Assembly (NCBI GenBank): GCA_050298955.1
Contig: JBNKVA010000004.1
Location: 63,690 to 127,689, forward strand
DNA from: Pontiella sp.
Lineage (GTDB): Bacteria > Verrucomicrobiota > Kiritimatiellia > Kiritimatiellales > Pontiellaceae
Reading direction: 5' to 3'
Length of the DNA stretch: 64,000 nucleotides
In this document: piece after piece, positions 1 through 8,680 of the stretch
Position numbering within the stretch: the stretch's first letter is position 1
How the letters are laid out: each line of letters starts with the position of its first letter
The notes under the pieces: generated by a model
Told to the model about the DNA's origin: nothing
The model's input: the letters and a program-made list of their open reading frames with translations, nothing else
Databases searched by the model: none
Position numbers and translations under genes: made by a program

Positions 1-862
1 TAACACCGAAATTGAGCTCGAACATGCTGAGGAAGCATTCGTGGAATTTGCCTATCTGGATTATCTCCACAATGAGGCCCTCAACTTCCGGGGCGGCCTG
101 GTCCTGATTCCCGTAGGCATCGTGAACGAGCTGCATGAGCCCACGGTATTTCTGGGCGCCAAGCGCTCGACAGTGGAAAACCGCATCATCCCCACAACGT
201 GGCGTGAAAATGGCGGCGGGATATTCGGTGACGTCGGTTCCGTGAGCTACAAGCTGTATATAGTGAACAGCCTGGACGGCGCGGGATTTGCGGCGGATGG
301 GATCCGCGGCGGCCGCCAGAAAGGCTCCAAAGCCAAGGCCGAGGACTTTTCAATAGTGGCCCGCACCGATGTTGAAGTCGCACCTTCTGTAACGGTCGGC
401 GGATCCGTGTATGCCGGCGAGCAGGGGCAGGATCTTGGTGTGGACGCGCGTCTGGTGCTGGCGGAAGCCCATGTCATGGCCCGCAAAGCCGGCTTCACGT
501 TCAACGCTCTCGTGGTGGGTTCGAACCTGGATGATGCCGAAGAACTCAATGCCCTCACCGGCGAAGAAGCGGGAGAGCAGATGTTCGGCTGGTATACGGA
601 GCTGGGTTATGATGTGCTGTCGTCCCTGGATCAGGGTGAAAAGCAGCTGACTCCGTTCGTACGGCTTGAGCAGCTCAATACGCAGGAAGAAGCCGCAGCG
701 GGAACTGTCGCAGATCCTGCCAATGATCTGGACATCGTGACGGTAGGCCTGAATTTCAAGCCGATCGACGAAGTCGTGTTTAAGTTGGAACATCAGTTCA
801 TCAAGAATGGAAACGATGAAAACCTCGATCAGACCAATCTGGCTCTCGGCTACATCTTTTAA
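1..862 (+). CDS. Outer-membrane beta-barrel porin (5' end outside window)
   Basis: Frame open from base 2 (NTEIELEHAEEAFVEFAYLDY...); alternating amphipathic strands; C-terminal Phe (LALGYIF) typical of BAM substrates. Confidence 0.75.
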   Translation, partial: NTEIELEHAEEAFVEFAYLDYLHNEALNFRGGLVLIPVGIVNELHEPTVFLGAKRSTVENRIIPTTWRENGGGIFGDVGSVSYKLYIVNSLDGAGFAADGIRGGRQKGSKAKAEDFSIVARTDVEVAPSVTVGGSVYAGEQGQDLGVDARLVLAEAHVMARKAGFTFNALVVGSNLDDAEELNALTGEEAGEQMFGWYTELGYDVLSSLDQGEKQLTPFVRLEQLNTQEEAAAGTVADPANDLDIVTVGLNFKPIDEVVFKLEHQFIKNGNDENLDQTNLALGYIF

Positions 863-1385
863 GGTTGTTCTTGCCGCACTGATCGCGACGACGGCCTCGC
901 TGCATGCCGGGAATCTGCCCGGCGCGGACGAGGCCGTCCGGCAGCTGCTCGCCGGCACATCCTACGAGCGGGAAACCTATCTGCTCAGCGAAGACGAGCA
1001 GGCCGCCTGCGTCGAGTCCACCGGGCAGAAAACGGTAACAGCCCTGGTGACCCGGTATGCCGTGCAAAACGAAGCCGGTATTGCGGGCTATGCCTATCTC
1101 GACAAGCATCGTGTGCGGACCCTGCCGCAGACGCTCATGGTGGCCCTCGATGCGGAGGGCGCGCTGGTGGGTATTCGGGTTTTGGCTTTCCGCGAGCCGG
1201 CAGAATACATGGCGCGTGACGGCTGGCTGGAGCAGTTCCGGGGAAAAACCGTTGATGATGATATTCGCATGAAGAAAAACATCGACGGGATTACCGGGGC
1301 AACGCTCACGGCCCGCGCTGTGACGCAGTGTGCCCGCCGTGTCATGGCTGTCCATCAGGTGCTTGAACAGCGGGAGCAGCAGTGA
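816..1385 (+). CDS. Exported FMN-binding (flavinylated) domain protein
   Basis: Signal-peptide-like N-terminus (..VVLAALIATTASLHA); flavinylation motif DGITGATLT ([ST]GA[ST]). Start at 807 or 816 overlaps the porin 3' end. Confidence 0.8.
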   Translation: MKTSIRPIWLSATSFKVVLAALIATTASLHAGNLPGADEAVRQLLAGTSYERETYLLSEDEQAACVESTGQKTVTALVTRYAVQNEAGIAGYAYLDKHRVRTLPQTLMVALDAEGALVGIRVLAFREPAEYMARDGWLEQFRGKTVDDDIRMKKNIDGITGATLTARAVTQCARRVMAVHQVLEQREQQ

Positions 1386-1810
1386 ATCGCATCGATGCAT
1401 GGCTTTTGCATCTGTCCAACGGGCTGGTATCGGTCACCGGACTGGTTTATGCGTGGATGGCCTACCTGTGTAAGCCGGAGGATCCCTATGCCATCGTAGG
1501 GCATCCATGGCAGCCGCATGTACAGCACGCACATGTTTGGACGGCACCCTTGTTGATCATGGTACTCGGTTATCTTTGGGGGCACCACATGCAGCCGCAT
1601 CTGGAGCGGAATACTCAAAAGAGGCGCAACAGCGGCGTAGGCATGCTGGTGGCGGCGCTGCCGATGATCTTTTCCGGATACGCCATCCAGACCGCTATCG
1701 AACCCGGTTGGCGAACGGTCTGGGTGGTCGTTCACCTGGCAACCTCCTTGATCTGGATCATTGGCTATCTGATCCATCTTATGCACAAATGGATGGCTCG
1801 CCGCGTCTGA
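1382..1810 (+). CDS. Four-TM His-rich membrane protein, possible di-haem cytochrome b
   Basis: GTGA overlap with the upstream stop; four hydrophobic segments carrying His (QHAHVW, GHHM, VHLAT, LIHLMH). Confidence 0.6.
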   Translation: MNRIDAWLLHLSNGLVSVTGLVYAWMAYLCKPEDPYAIVGHPWQPHVQHAHVWTAPLLIMVLGYLWGHHMQPHLERNTQKRRNSGVGMLVAALPMIFSGYAIQTAIEPGWRTVWVVVHLATSLIWIIGYLIHLMHKWMARRV

Positions 1811-1881
1811 GGAGTACCGGAGTCAGCCGGGACGGCAGTTCAACCTTGGCATAGATCCGGTTTTGAAATAAACCATTCTGT

Positions 1882-2196
1882 ATGAACCTCGAGCTACGAA
1901 CCGTCGCTGCCATGATCCGCATCTACTGCCGCGCCCACCACGGTGCTGCAGGAGCACTCTGTCCGGATTGTGCGGAGCTGCTTGCCTATGCCGGAAAGCG
2001 CATTGAAAAATGTCCGTTCGGCTACGACAAGCCGGTTTGCAATAAGTGCACGGTGCATTGCTACAAAGCGGCGATGCGCGAGCAGATCAGGGTGGTGATG
2101 CGCTATGCCGGGCCGCGCATGCTGTGGCACTATCCCATTCTGGCGGTGAGGCATCTGATCCGCTCAAAACGCTACAGTGACGGCCGCTCAAAATAG
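1882..2196 (+). CDS. ygbA: YgbA / nitrous-oxide-stimulated promoter family protein
   Basis: E..TV..MI.IYCR.HH....LCPDC..L..YA..R..CP....KP.C..C..HCY...MRE.IR.VMRYAGPRML..PILA pattern. Confidence 0.85.
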   Translation: MNLELRTVAAMIRIYCRAHHGAAGALCPDCAELLAYAGKRIEKCPFGYDKPVCNKCTVHCYKAAMREQIRVVMRYAGPRMLWHYPILAVRHLIRSKRYSDGRSK

Positions 2197-3146
2197 ACAA
2201 CGCCCATGCGGGGGCAGATGGTGACGATATATTTATTCAGCATCGCAATGCCTGCGCGCGGCAAACCATCCAGCGTGGTGGCCCGGATGGTCGAAGGCTT
2301 CACAAAAACCACTTCTCCCAGCTCAACGGTGGGCGCGGCCTGAAGGGTTTCATCGCTCGTGGCAAAGGCATAGCTCCCTGCAAAATCGAGGATGACCGGA
2401 GATTTGGTTCCGTTGACGGCACCCTCAACCGTTAATCCTACGCCGGGCGTGCTTAGAATTTGAGCTGTGCCAATGAGCAGGTCTTCATTCGGCGTGTAGG
2501 GGAGGGAGGCCGAAAAGAAGATCCGACCGCCTTCCAGGTCGATCTGGATATATTCGAAAGTCTGAAGCATATCATAACCGATCAGACTGTCGATGCGGCC
2601 ATCCCTGATGCCGCGGCTCAGCGGGCCCAGCGAGTTGCGCGCCATGCGGACATAGACCGGGGCGTTTTCCATGAAGAGCTGCTTGATTCGTATTTGCGGA
2701 ATAACCGAAGCATAGGCTTTGACGCCGCCGATGTTTGCAGTTCCCTGATACTCGATCATCCGGTTCTCGTAGCCGAGAAAGGTGGACTTGAACTTCTGGG
2801 CGGTTGAAAACTCAAACCAGGAATTTGCAGATGCCGTATCAACGAGAGCGTTTGCCTTCATTCGCGCTGCCCTGCCTCGGATATTGACGACCGGTGCGCC
2901 GTTTGATGCGAATCTGACAGAGGCCGTGTGCCGGGGATGCAGACGGACGGTTCCCTGCATGGCAATGCTGTTTTTACTGGTGGGGTACACTGAAAACCCA
3001 AATTGCTGCGGCGGTTTGGCGGTCGCCAGTGCTTTGGCCATTTCTTTCTCGTCAAGCGGCCTATCCGTATTTCCATCCCGCTTCATGCTGCTGCATCCAG
3101 CAAGAAGAACGGTGGCTGCGAGGAGTACGATCAGATTTTTCTTCAT
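2172..3146 (-). CDS. Lipoprotein with retropepsin-like (aspartyl protease) fold, degenerate
   Basis: Lipobox LLAGC; ALVDTAS (D[TS]G-like) and SLIGYDML motifs; second lobe VILDFAG. Confidence 0.55.
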   Translation of the reverse strand: MKKNLIVLLAATVLLAGCSSMKRDGNTDRPLDEKEMAKALATAKPPQQFGFSVYPTSKNSIAMQGTVRLHPRHTASVRFASNGAPVVNIRGRAARMKANALVDTASANSWFEFSTAQKFKSTFLGYENRMIEYQGTANIGGVKAYASVIPQIRIKQLFMENAPVYVRMARNSLGPLSRGIRDGRIDSLIGYDMLQTFEYIQIDLEGGRIFFSASLPYTPNEDLLIGTAQILSTPGVGLTVEGAVNGTKSPVILDFAGSYAFATSDETLQAAPTVELGEVVFVKPSTIRATTLDGLPRAGIAMLNKYIVTICPRMGVVYFERPSL

Positions 3147-3164
3147 AGTAGTGGGGATCCTGGT

Positions 3165-3746
3165 TTAAGGGGTCTTTCCCGGCGTACGCCGGTCGTATGC
3201 TTCCAGCAAAAAAACAATATCCTCGGGGCGCTCCGAAAGGCAAGCCATGAAGAGGTTGTCTGTGAGCGCAAACGTCAGACTCATGCCGCGGGCAATATCC
3301 GGGCTTTCATAGCGCCAGACGGGCCAGACCAGCGGGCTTTTCAGCGGTCTCAGTTTTTTGTCGCTCACATGGTCCAGCTTCCACCGCAGCCATGGACTGC
3401 GCCATCCAACCCACGAAACGGCCGCCCAGCTTCTGCGCCTTCCGGTATATTGGAACGGAATGTCCGCCACGACGATCTCAGAGGGTGCGGCCAGCGCGAA
3501 CCACCGGTTGTTTTCCGAGAGATTCCGCAGGGTATTGCCCGCACCGAGTGTTTTGTCAATCTGCGCGCATACCGGGCTCTGCAAAAGATCATTCAGCGAT
3601 TCGGCATAAAATGAAAAAGAAGATTCCGCTGGAATGGCGCGGTGCACAGCACCGGGTGTAAAAGGCTGGTAGAAGGCGTAATAAACGACCAGCGCTGCGA
3701 AGGCCGCGCCCAGGAAAAGGGTTCCACTTAAGCGCAGTCTGGTCAT
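3165..3746 (-). CDS. Hypothetical membrane-anchored protein
   Basis: ATGA overlap with the pyrD stop; one N-terminal TM helix; no family recognised. Confidence 0.6.
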   Translation of the reverse strand: MTRLRLSGTLFLGAAFAALVVYYAFYQPFTPGAVHRAIPAESSFSFYAESLNDLLQSPVCAQIDKTLGAGNTLRNLSENNRWFALAAPSEIVVADIPFQYTGRRRSWAAVSWVGWRSPWLRWKLDHVSDKKLRPLKSPLVWPVWRYESPDIARGMSLTFALTDNLFMACLSERPEDIVFLLEAYDRRTPGKTP

Positions 3747-4660
3747 GCTTTCACGGTTCCCACGATATCCTGCACCGCCTGGTGGCCCTTGTTCACGAGG
3801 TAGGCTTCGATACCGCTGATCACGCGATCGACGGTGGAGGGATCCACGAAGTTGGCTGTCCCGACCGCAATCGCGGCAGCACCTGCAATCATGAATTCAA
3901 TGGCATCCTCCGGCTCGAATATACCGCCCATGCCGATAATCGGAATCGTCGTGGCTTTTGCCGCATCCCAAACCAGTTTGATCGCAATCGGCTTGATGGC
4001 CGGACCGCTCAGGCCGCCGGTACGGTTCGCCAGCTCGGGCTCCAGGGTTTCGATGTCGATGGCCATGGCAGGGTAGGAATTCATGATGGAGATGGCATCG
4101 GCCCCGCATTCTTCCGCGGCCTTGGCAAACGGGCCGATGTCGGCAACATTCGGGGCCAGCTTGGGGATGATGGGCTTTTTCGTTTTTCCGCGTACCAGCT
4201 CGATGACCCGCGAAAACATATCGACATCCGTTCCAAATGCCGAGCCGCCTTCTTTGACGTTGGGGCATGAGAGGTTGATCTCGTATGCAGAGACGGTATC
4301 CTCATCATCCAGCATCTCAACGACGCGTCCATAGTCATCCATCGATTTGCCCCAGATGTTCACAATGACCGGTGTGTCAAACTGTCTGAGAAAGGGAACA
4401 TATTTATTGATGAAACCCCTGGCTCCGGGTCCCGGCAGCCCAATGGCGTTCAGCATGCCGCCGCGGGTTTCAAAGGTGCGCGGGGTTTGGTTCCCTACGT
4501 GCTCCTCCGGGCAGATGCCTTTGACGGTGATGGCTCCGAGCCGGTTCAGATCCACGAGATCGGCATACTCCGGGCCGTAGCCGAACGTGCCCGACGCCAC
4601 CGTCACCGGATTTTTCATGGTCATGGAACCAATTTTGATGGCCAGGTTCGGTTTACTCAT
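3743..4660 (-). CDS. pyrD: Dihydroorotate dehydrogenase family 1B, catalytic subunit
   Basis: NPVTVASGTFGYG, NLSCPNVKEGG, KLAPN, GGLSGPAIKP, GMGGI. Start placed at ATG 4660, overlapping the pyrK stop. Confidence 0.95.
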   Translation of the reverse strand: MSKPNLAIKIGSMTMKNPVTVASGTFGYGPEYADLVDLNRLGAITVKGICPEEHVGNQTPRTFETRGGMLNAIGLPGPGARGFINKYVPFLRQFDTPVIVNIWGKSMDDYGRVVEMLDDEDTVSAYEINLSCPNVKEGGSAFGTDVDMFSRVIELVRGKTKKPIIPKLAPNVADIGPFAKAAEECGADAISIMNSYPAMAIDIETLEPELANRTGGLSGPAIKPIAIKLVWDAAKATTIPIIGMGGIFEPEDAIEFMIAGAAAIAVGTANFVDPSTVDRVISGIEAYLVNKGHQAVQDIVGTVKA

Positions 4661-5435
4661 CCCAGATAATCTCCCTTGATTCAAAGATAGGGCCGTCTTT
4701 GCAGCAGCGCGACCATTCCCATCCGTCGTCGGTTTTGCGCTTAATGACACAGGTCAGGCAGGCCCCGACTCCGCAGGCCATGTTCTTGTCGAGCGAAAGC
4801 CAGGCCGTAAAGTTGTTTGCTATGGCGCGGTCACCCATGGCCTTAAGCATGGGGTTGGGCCCGCAGACAAAAAGCTCGAGTCGGGTCGCATCCTTCTGTT
4901 CCTGCATCCACGGGTCAAAGGCATCGGTAACGAGGCCTTTGATGCCGAGTGATCCGTCATCGGTTGTGGGGCGGACCTCCCATCCCAGTTCCTTGAACTC
5001 GTCGACACACAGGATATCCTGTGCCGTGCGGCCGCCAAAGAAGGCAACCCCCTTTACCGGCAACTGCCGGGCCTTCAGGTATAGTGCGGCATTGCCGTAC
5101 CCTCCAGCCACGAGTACAGGGGTTTTCCCTTGCGTCATCTCCGGATACCCGTTGCCCAGCGGGCCCAGAATATCAACGCGGCCGCCGACCTGGAGCGGCG
5201 TCATGGCTTCCGTGCCGCGGCCGACCGGCTTGTAGAGAATGCTGACCCCCTCACGGTCGGCCTTATAAATGCTGAACAGGCGGCGCAGAATGCGGTCGCC
5301 GAGCTGGGGGATCTGCAGATGCAGAAATTGTCCGGGCCGGACAAGCGGTCCCACCGCCGGCGCCGATAGGCGCAGGATGCGGTAGTCGCCCTGGAAATTG
5401 TGATGTTCGAGTACGGTTGCGGTTTCCTGTTTCAT
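4653..5435 (-). CDS. pyrK: Dihydroorotate dehydrogenase electron transfer subunit
   Basis: PGQF, GPLGNG, GGYG, CGPNPM and 2Fe-2S motif MACGVGACLTC..C.DGPIF; adjacent to pyrD. Confidence 0.93.
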   Translation of the reverse strand: MKQETATVLEHHNFQGDYRILRLSAPAVGPLVRPGQFLHLQIPQLGDRILRRLFSIYKADREGVSILYKPVGRGTEAMTPLQVGGRVDILGPLGNGYPEMTQGKTPVLVAGGYGNAALYLKARQLPVKGVAFFGGRTAQDILCVDEFKELGWEVRPTTDDGSLGIKGLVTDAFDPWMQEQKDATRLELFVCGPNPMLKAMGDRAIANNFTAWLSLDKNMACGVGACLTCVIKRKTDDGWEWSRCCKDGPIFESREIIWDE

Positions 5436-5581
5436 ATCGGCGCGGGATTGTGCGGATTTCACCTTGGCCAGTCAAACGCATTCAGTCCCATAGGTTTTGA
5501 ATTGCCAGAGCGGCTTTCTGGTGCGATAGTACAGTCCATGACTGGAGCGGGAGGCATTCTAACCGTTGACGGGAGAATGTC

Positions 5582-8500
5582 ATGAAGAGATGTGTGTTTT
5601 GCTCGCTGGTGATCCTGTTGCTTTTGTCGGGCTGTACGACCAATCCTGCGCTTAAGGGATCGCCGTTTTATTCGACTTTTTATGAGCGGCACGAGAAGCC
5701 CGATCCGGACCGGACCAACACGATTCTCACCTACTACAGCTATGGAACATGGTATGTCCCGTGGGGGCTTCCGCTGGCTGAGTTTGGACCCGAATACCAG
5801 GCGGTCCGGCCGCTCTATTCAGCGTATGACCGCAATACCGACAATCCCGTATACAGTATGCTCTGGCCGATCGGCCGATTCGATCCAGGACGGCGGCGTT
5901 ATCGGATATTCCCCCTCTATTGGGGCGATGAGTATTTCAATGTCGTACCGCTTTACTGGCATTCCGGCGATCCGTTTTCCGGTGTGGGACATAATGCGTT
6001 GTTGCCTTTCTGGATGTGGAGCCGCAGCGATGCGGGACACTATCTGGGAATCGTTTGGCCGCTTCATGCCAGTTACCGGTATCCGGATCGCAGTGGATGG
6101 TGGTTGTGGCCGGCATATGGGTCGCTGCATAAAGGGGATTCCGGCTATCGCTATCTTGCGTGGCCTTTCATTCACAGTTTTTCCAGCGCCGGCTCGTCTG
6201 GTCATACGGTGGTGCCGCTTTGGTATTACAACCGGACGGATAAGAGCCGGAATTTCTATTCACTGCTCTATTCGCGCAGTATGGTCAATGAACCGGGTGC
6301 AACGAGCTGGGATCTTACTCTGCCCTTGTGCTACCGGGCATGGGCCGGGGATTCATTCCGCTGGGCGGTCATTCCGGCGTTGTCGTGGGGACAAAACGGC
6401 GCGCAGTTTTCTGACGCCTGGTTTGCACTGGGACTGGGGCACTACGGTCGTGTTGAGGATGGATTGAGTCATCACGTTATCCCCGTCTACCTCTACAGCC
6501 GGGATTCCGAAGCCCGGCGGCTCTACACGCTGCCCTGGTGGTCTAAACAATATACAGATGGTACGGGATGGAACATGCTGTTTCCCGTGTACTACTACGG
6601 AAATTGGGGCGATGCCCGATCGGTTTATTCGGTGCCCTGGCTCTCAAAAAAACGCGTGGATGGTTCCGGGTGGCATGCGACCATTCCGATCTATTATCGA
6701 GGGTATGCAGAGAATGCATCGTCATTTTACTCCCTGGCATGGCTCTACAGGCGTTCGCCGGACGGTTCCCGGTGGCATACGACCATTCCGCTTTATCTGC
6801 GGACCCGATCCGAAGACCGCGATGCCTGGTATACGTTGCCGTATTCGCGTGTACGAAATGCGGACGGTTCCGGCTGGAACACCGCCATCCCGTTCTATTA
6901 CCGGGGCTATACAGCCAATTCATCCGCGCTCTATTCACTGCTTTGGCTTTCCGAGAAACATGCGGATGGTTCTGAATGGGAAGCGCTGTTCCCCGTCTAT
7001 TTCGGCAGCCGGTCGGATGCGGGCTCGTTACTGATGACACCGGTCTATGCCCGCAAAAAACATCCCGATGGTGCTTCGGCCTGGAGGTGTTATATCCCGT
7101 TTGTCTATTTCAAGGATGATTATGATGCCCATTTCATGACGCTGCTGGGCGGTCGCTGGAGAATGGGGGAGAACCAAACCTGGCTGGCGCTGCCCCTGCT
7201 GAGTGGAGGTACCCGCGACGCCGATTCCGGCCGTAATGTATGGCTCGCGGGACTGGCCGGCAATCGATGGGATGAACAGGGCGGGTCGAGTTATGTCATA
7301 CCGGTTTATTATGCATCACCCAACGCCGTGGTCTCTTTGCCCTACGCCTCATGGCTGGAGGGGGATCGGAAAAACACGGTTTGTCCTCCCATATTGAGCG
7401 GCTGGTATCGGGAGGACGATGTGTCCGGCGGATGGTTTGCCGCCGGGCTGGTGGGTTATCGGACTGGAGAGAAGGAGCCTTTCCAATACGTGTTCCCTTT
7501 CTATTATCATGATCCGGACAAAACCCTTTCGCTGGCCTATGCCTCATGGCGCAGGGATGACCGGAAGACAACGGTTGTTCCCTGGCTGCTGAGCGGGTGG
7601 TATCGTGAAAACGAGGTGTCGGGATCGGTGATGGCCGCCGGTCTGGCGGGATATCGCCGCGGCGATGAGGATGCGTATTCCTATCTGTTTCCCCTGTTCT
7701 ACACGGCTCCCGAAAAGGGATCCTTCCTCTCCCCGCTTTTTGTCAAATGGAAAAGCGGCGAACGGGAAAATAGCATCATTCCCTTACTGCTCAGCGGATG
7801 GTGCACTGAACCGAATGCGCGGGATGTGCTGCTGGCCGGTGGTCTGGCCGGGTGGCGGACGGAAGAAGCTGAGACCGCCGCAACGCATCTGCTTCCCTTC
7901 TGGATGTGGGCGAAGGACGATTATCTCTACACCCTCCCCGTCGGATACAGTCGACGAAAAAACTATTATGCTACACCGCTGGTTGGAAGCTACCGTCCCG
8001 GCAGCGGTAAATCCGGAAGCTGGGCGGTGCCGTTTTATTGGCACCGTCGGTATCTCGATTCCGGAAGCGTCAAGGGCTACTACTTTCCGTTGGGATATTA
8101 CAACGAGAGTGCGAATCGGATTAATCGCGGGTTTCTCGGTGTTTATGATTATCTCTATTCGGTCAATGAATTCAGCCTGAATGACGCGGGGCGCAGCGGG
8201 CGCTTTATGAATGAATACCGATCGCTGCAATATCTGCTGTTTTTCGGTAATTCCACACAACGGTGGACCTATGAGCTGGAGGGTGATGACAGGACACTCA
8301 CGGAGTATCGGAAGCGCCAGTCACTGTTTCCCTTCTGGAGCCGTAGAGTCAGCAAGGACCTCTCTTCCCGGAAGGAGACGGAGGATGCATCGGTCTTGCT
8401 GGCCCTCTATAATGTGCGCCATGAGCAGGACATAGACCGCGACTATACCCGTCATCAGATCCTCTGGCGGTTGTATCGATCGGAGAGCATTAACGGAGAC

Positions 8501-8650
8501 ACCTTTACCGATTTGCCGGGGGTAACCATCAATTCCTATTCAAACGGCCGGCGCGAGGTGGAAGTTCTATGGCGACTCTTCCGCTACGAGAAGAATCCGG
8601 AAAGCGGGGAGCGCAAGCTGGATCTGCTGTTTATCCCTTTCAAGCGCTAG
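5582..8650 (+). CDS. 1022-aa Trp/Tyr/Pro-rich repeat lipoprotein of unknown function
   Basis: Lipobox LLSGC; upstream GGGAG; pervasive hydrophobic-P-hydrophobic-Y motifs; internal 34-aa and 65-aa repeats. Confidence 0.8.
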   Translation: MKRCVFCSLVILLLLSGCTTNPALKGSPFYSTFYERHEKPDPDRTNTILTYYSYGTWYVPWGLPLAEFGPEYQAVRPLYSAYDRNTDNPVYSMLWPIGRFDPGRRRYRIFPLYWGDEYFNVVPLYWHSGDPFSGVGHNALLPFWMWSRSDAGHYLGIVWPLHASYRYPDRSGWWLWPAYGSLHKGDSGYRYLAWPFIHSFSSAGSSGHTVVPLWYYNRTDKSRNFYSLLYSRSMVNEPGATSWDLTLPLCYRAWAGDSFRWAVIPALSWGQNGAQFSDAWFALGLGHYGRVEDGLSHHVIPVYLYSRDSEARRLYTLPWWSKQYTDGTGWNMLFPVYYYGNWGDARSVYSVPWLSKKRVDGSGWHATIPIYYRGYAENASSFYSLAWLYRRSPDGSRWHTTIPLYLRTRSEDRDAWYTLPYSRVRNADGSGWNTAIPFYYRGYTANSSALYSLLWLSEKHADGSEWEALFPVYFGSRSDAGSLLMTPVYARKKHPDGASAWRCYIPFVYFKDDYDAHFMTLLGGRWRMGENQTWLALPLLSGGTRDADSGRNVWLAGLAGNRWDEQGGSSYVIPVYYASPNAVVSLPYASWLEGDRKNTVCPPILSGWYREDDVSGGWFAAGLVGYRTGEKEPFQYVFPFYYHDPDKTLSLAYASWRRDDRKTTVVPWLLSGWYRENEVSGSVMAAGLAGYRRGDEDAYSYLFPLFYTAPEKGSFLSPLFVKWKSGERENSIIPLLLSGWCTEPNARDVLLAGGLAGWRTEEAETAATHLLPFWMWAKDDYLYTLPVGYSRRKNYYATPLVGSYRPGSGKSGSWAVPFYWHRRYLDSGSVKGYYFPLGYYNESANRINRGFLGVYDYLYSVNEFSLNDAGRSGRFMNEYRSLQYLLFFGNSTQRWTYELEGDDRTLTEYRKRQSLFPFWSRRVSKDLSSRKETEDASVLLALYNVRHEQDIDRDYTRHQILWRLYRSESINGDTFTDLPGVTINSYSNGRREVEVLWRLFRYEKNPESGERKLDLLFIPFKR
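6530..7110 (+). repeat. Six tandem ~34-aa (102-nt) coding repeats
   Basis: LPWWSKQYTDGTGWNMLFPVYY / VPWLSKKRVDGSGWHATIPIYY / LAWLYRRSPDGSRWHTTIPLYL / LPYSRVRNADGSGWNTAIPFYY / LLWLSEKHADGSEWEALFPVYF / PVYARKKHPDGASAWRCYIPFVY. Confidence 0.8.
7292..7900 (+). repeat. Three tandem ~65-aa (195-nt) coding repeats
   Basis: Units start at 7292, 7487 and 7682: Y[VL][IF]P..Y....S....W....R...[VI].P.[IL]LSGW.........A[AG]GL.G[YW]R. Confidence 0.8.
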
Positions 8651-8680
8651 GGCCTGGCCCGCACAAGGGTTCTTCATGGC

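Noticed and set aside
6530-7900. Periodic DNA similarity resembling a CRISPR or DGR repeat
   Set aside because: Repeats are in-frame, degenerate at synonymous positions and lack spacers; no cas or reverse transcriptase gene in the window.
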